This document shows positions 36,388-36,605 of a stretch of DNA of 36,605 nucleotides, piece after piece. The DNA is from Pseudomonadota bacterium. Lineage in GTDB: Bacteria > Bdellovibrionota > FAC87 > UBA2466. Under the pieces are notes generated by a model. It ran no database searches, had not been told where the DNA came from, and saw only the letters and a list, made by a program, of their open reading frames with translations. Both the position numbers and the translations under genes were made by a program. The stretch covers positions 1-36,605 of the forward strand of contig JAYSWN010000066.1 of the NCBI GenBank assembly GCA_043718025.1, in the 5' to 3' direction. Each line of letters begins with the position of its first letter. Position 1 is the first letter of the stretch.

Positions 36388-36605
36388 GCAGAGTTCAGGC
36401 GCCGTCTGCGATGACTCAGGCGGCGTAAAAGATCAGCAACAAAAAACGCCTACCACCTGTATACGGCTTGGGCAGTTCGTTGGTTCTTTCCCCTAAAAGT
36501 TGGCGGTACGCTCCCCACCCGTCCTTGCGAGCCACGAAGTGGCGCGGCAATCCATGGCCGATGATTGATGAGAGACCGAGTTTTATTTAGATTATGGCGA
36601 ATTGG

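Overview
A 36.6-kb bacterial chromosomal window of moderate GC (roughly 50% by eye). I saw no rRNA, tRNA, CRISPR array, transposase or phage genes. The content suggests a predatory Bdellovibrionota/Oligoflexia-like or related deltaproteobacterial lineage (inference): many orphan secreted proteins and lipoproteins, a Tad-associated FHA cluster and frequent sigma-54 promoters. Blocks in order: (1) 0.2-8.9 kb, secreted proteins and lipoproteins, including a 1238-aa coiled-coil/GxxxG/Ig-like protein and a 7-repeat RCC1-type lipoprotein. (2) 8.9-16.4 kb, a tightly coupled minus-strand operon (USP, diheme cytochrome c, divergent ccoN, ccoO, a string of small membrane proteins of which two are missing from the ORF track, ppa), with a sigma-54 promoter back-to-back with that of a second USP gene. 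(3) 16.4-20.2 kb, a secreted pre-toxin-TG-like protein, a small secreted protein and a beta-propeller lipoprotein. (4) 20.3-27.7 kb, tadC, DUF192 and four membrane-anchored FHA proteins, resembling the Tad-like Kil/predation systems. (5) A densely structured intergenic sRNA candidate, then aspartate kinase. (6) A chalcone-isomerase-like protein plus lipoprotein, a degenerate ECF sigma/anti-sigma pair, an HtrA-type protease, a stand-alone HRDC protein, a membrane protein and a secreted Cys/Arg/Gly/Pro-rich cationic protein. Best leads: the TadC-FHA operon with its output-less FHA-HAMP-PAS receptor, the atypical cbb3-type oxidase with micro-subunits, the sRNA candidate and the cationic Cys-rich secreted protein. 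All family calls come from motif recognition by eye; no database searches were run.
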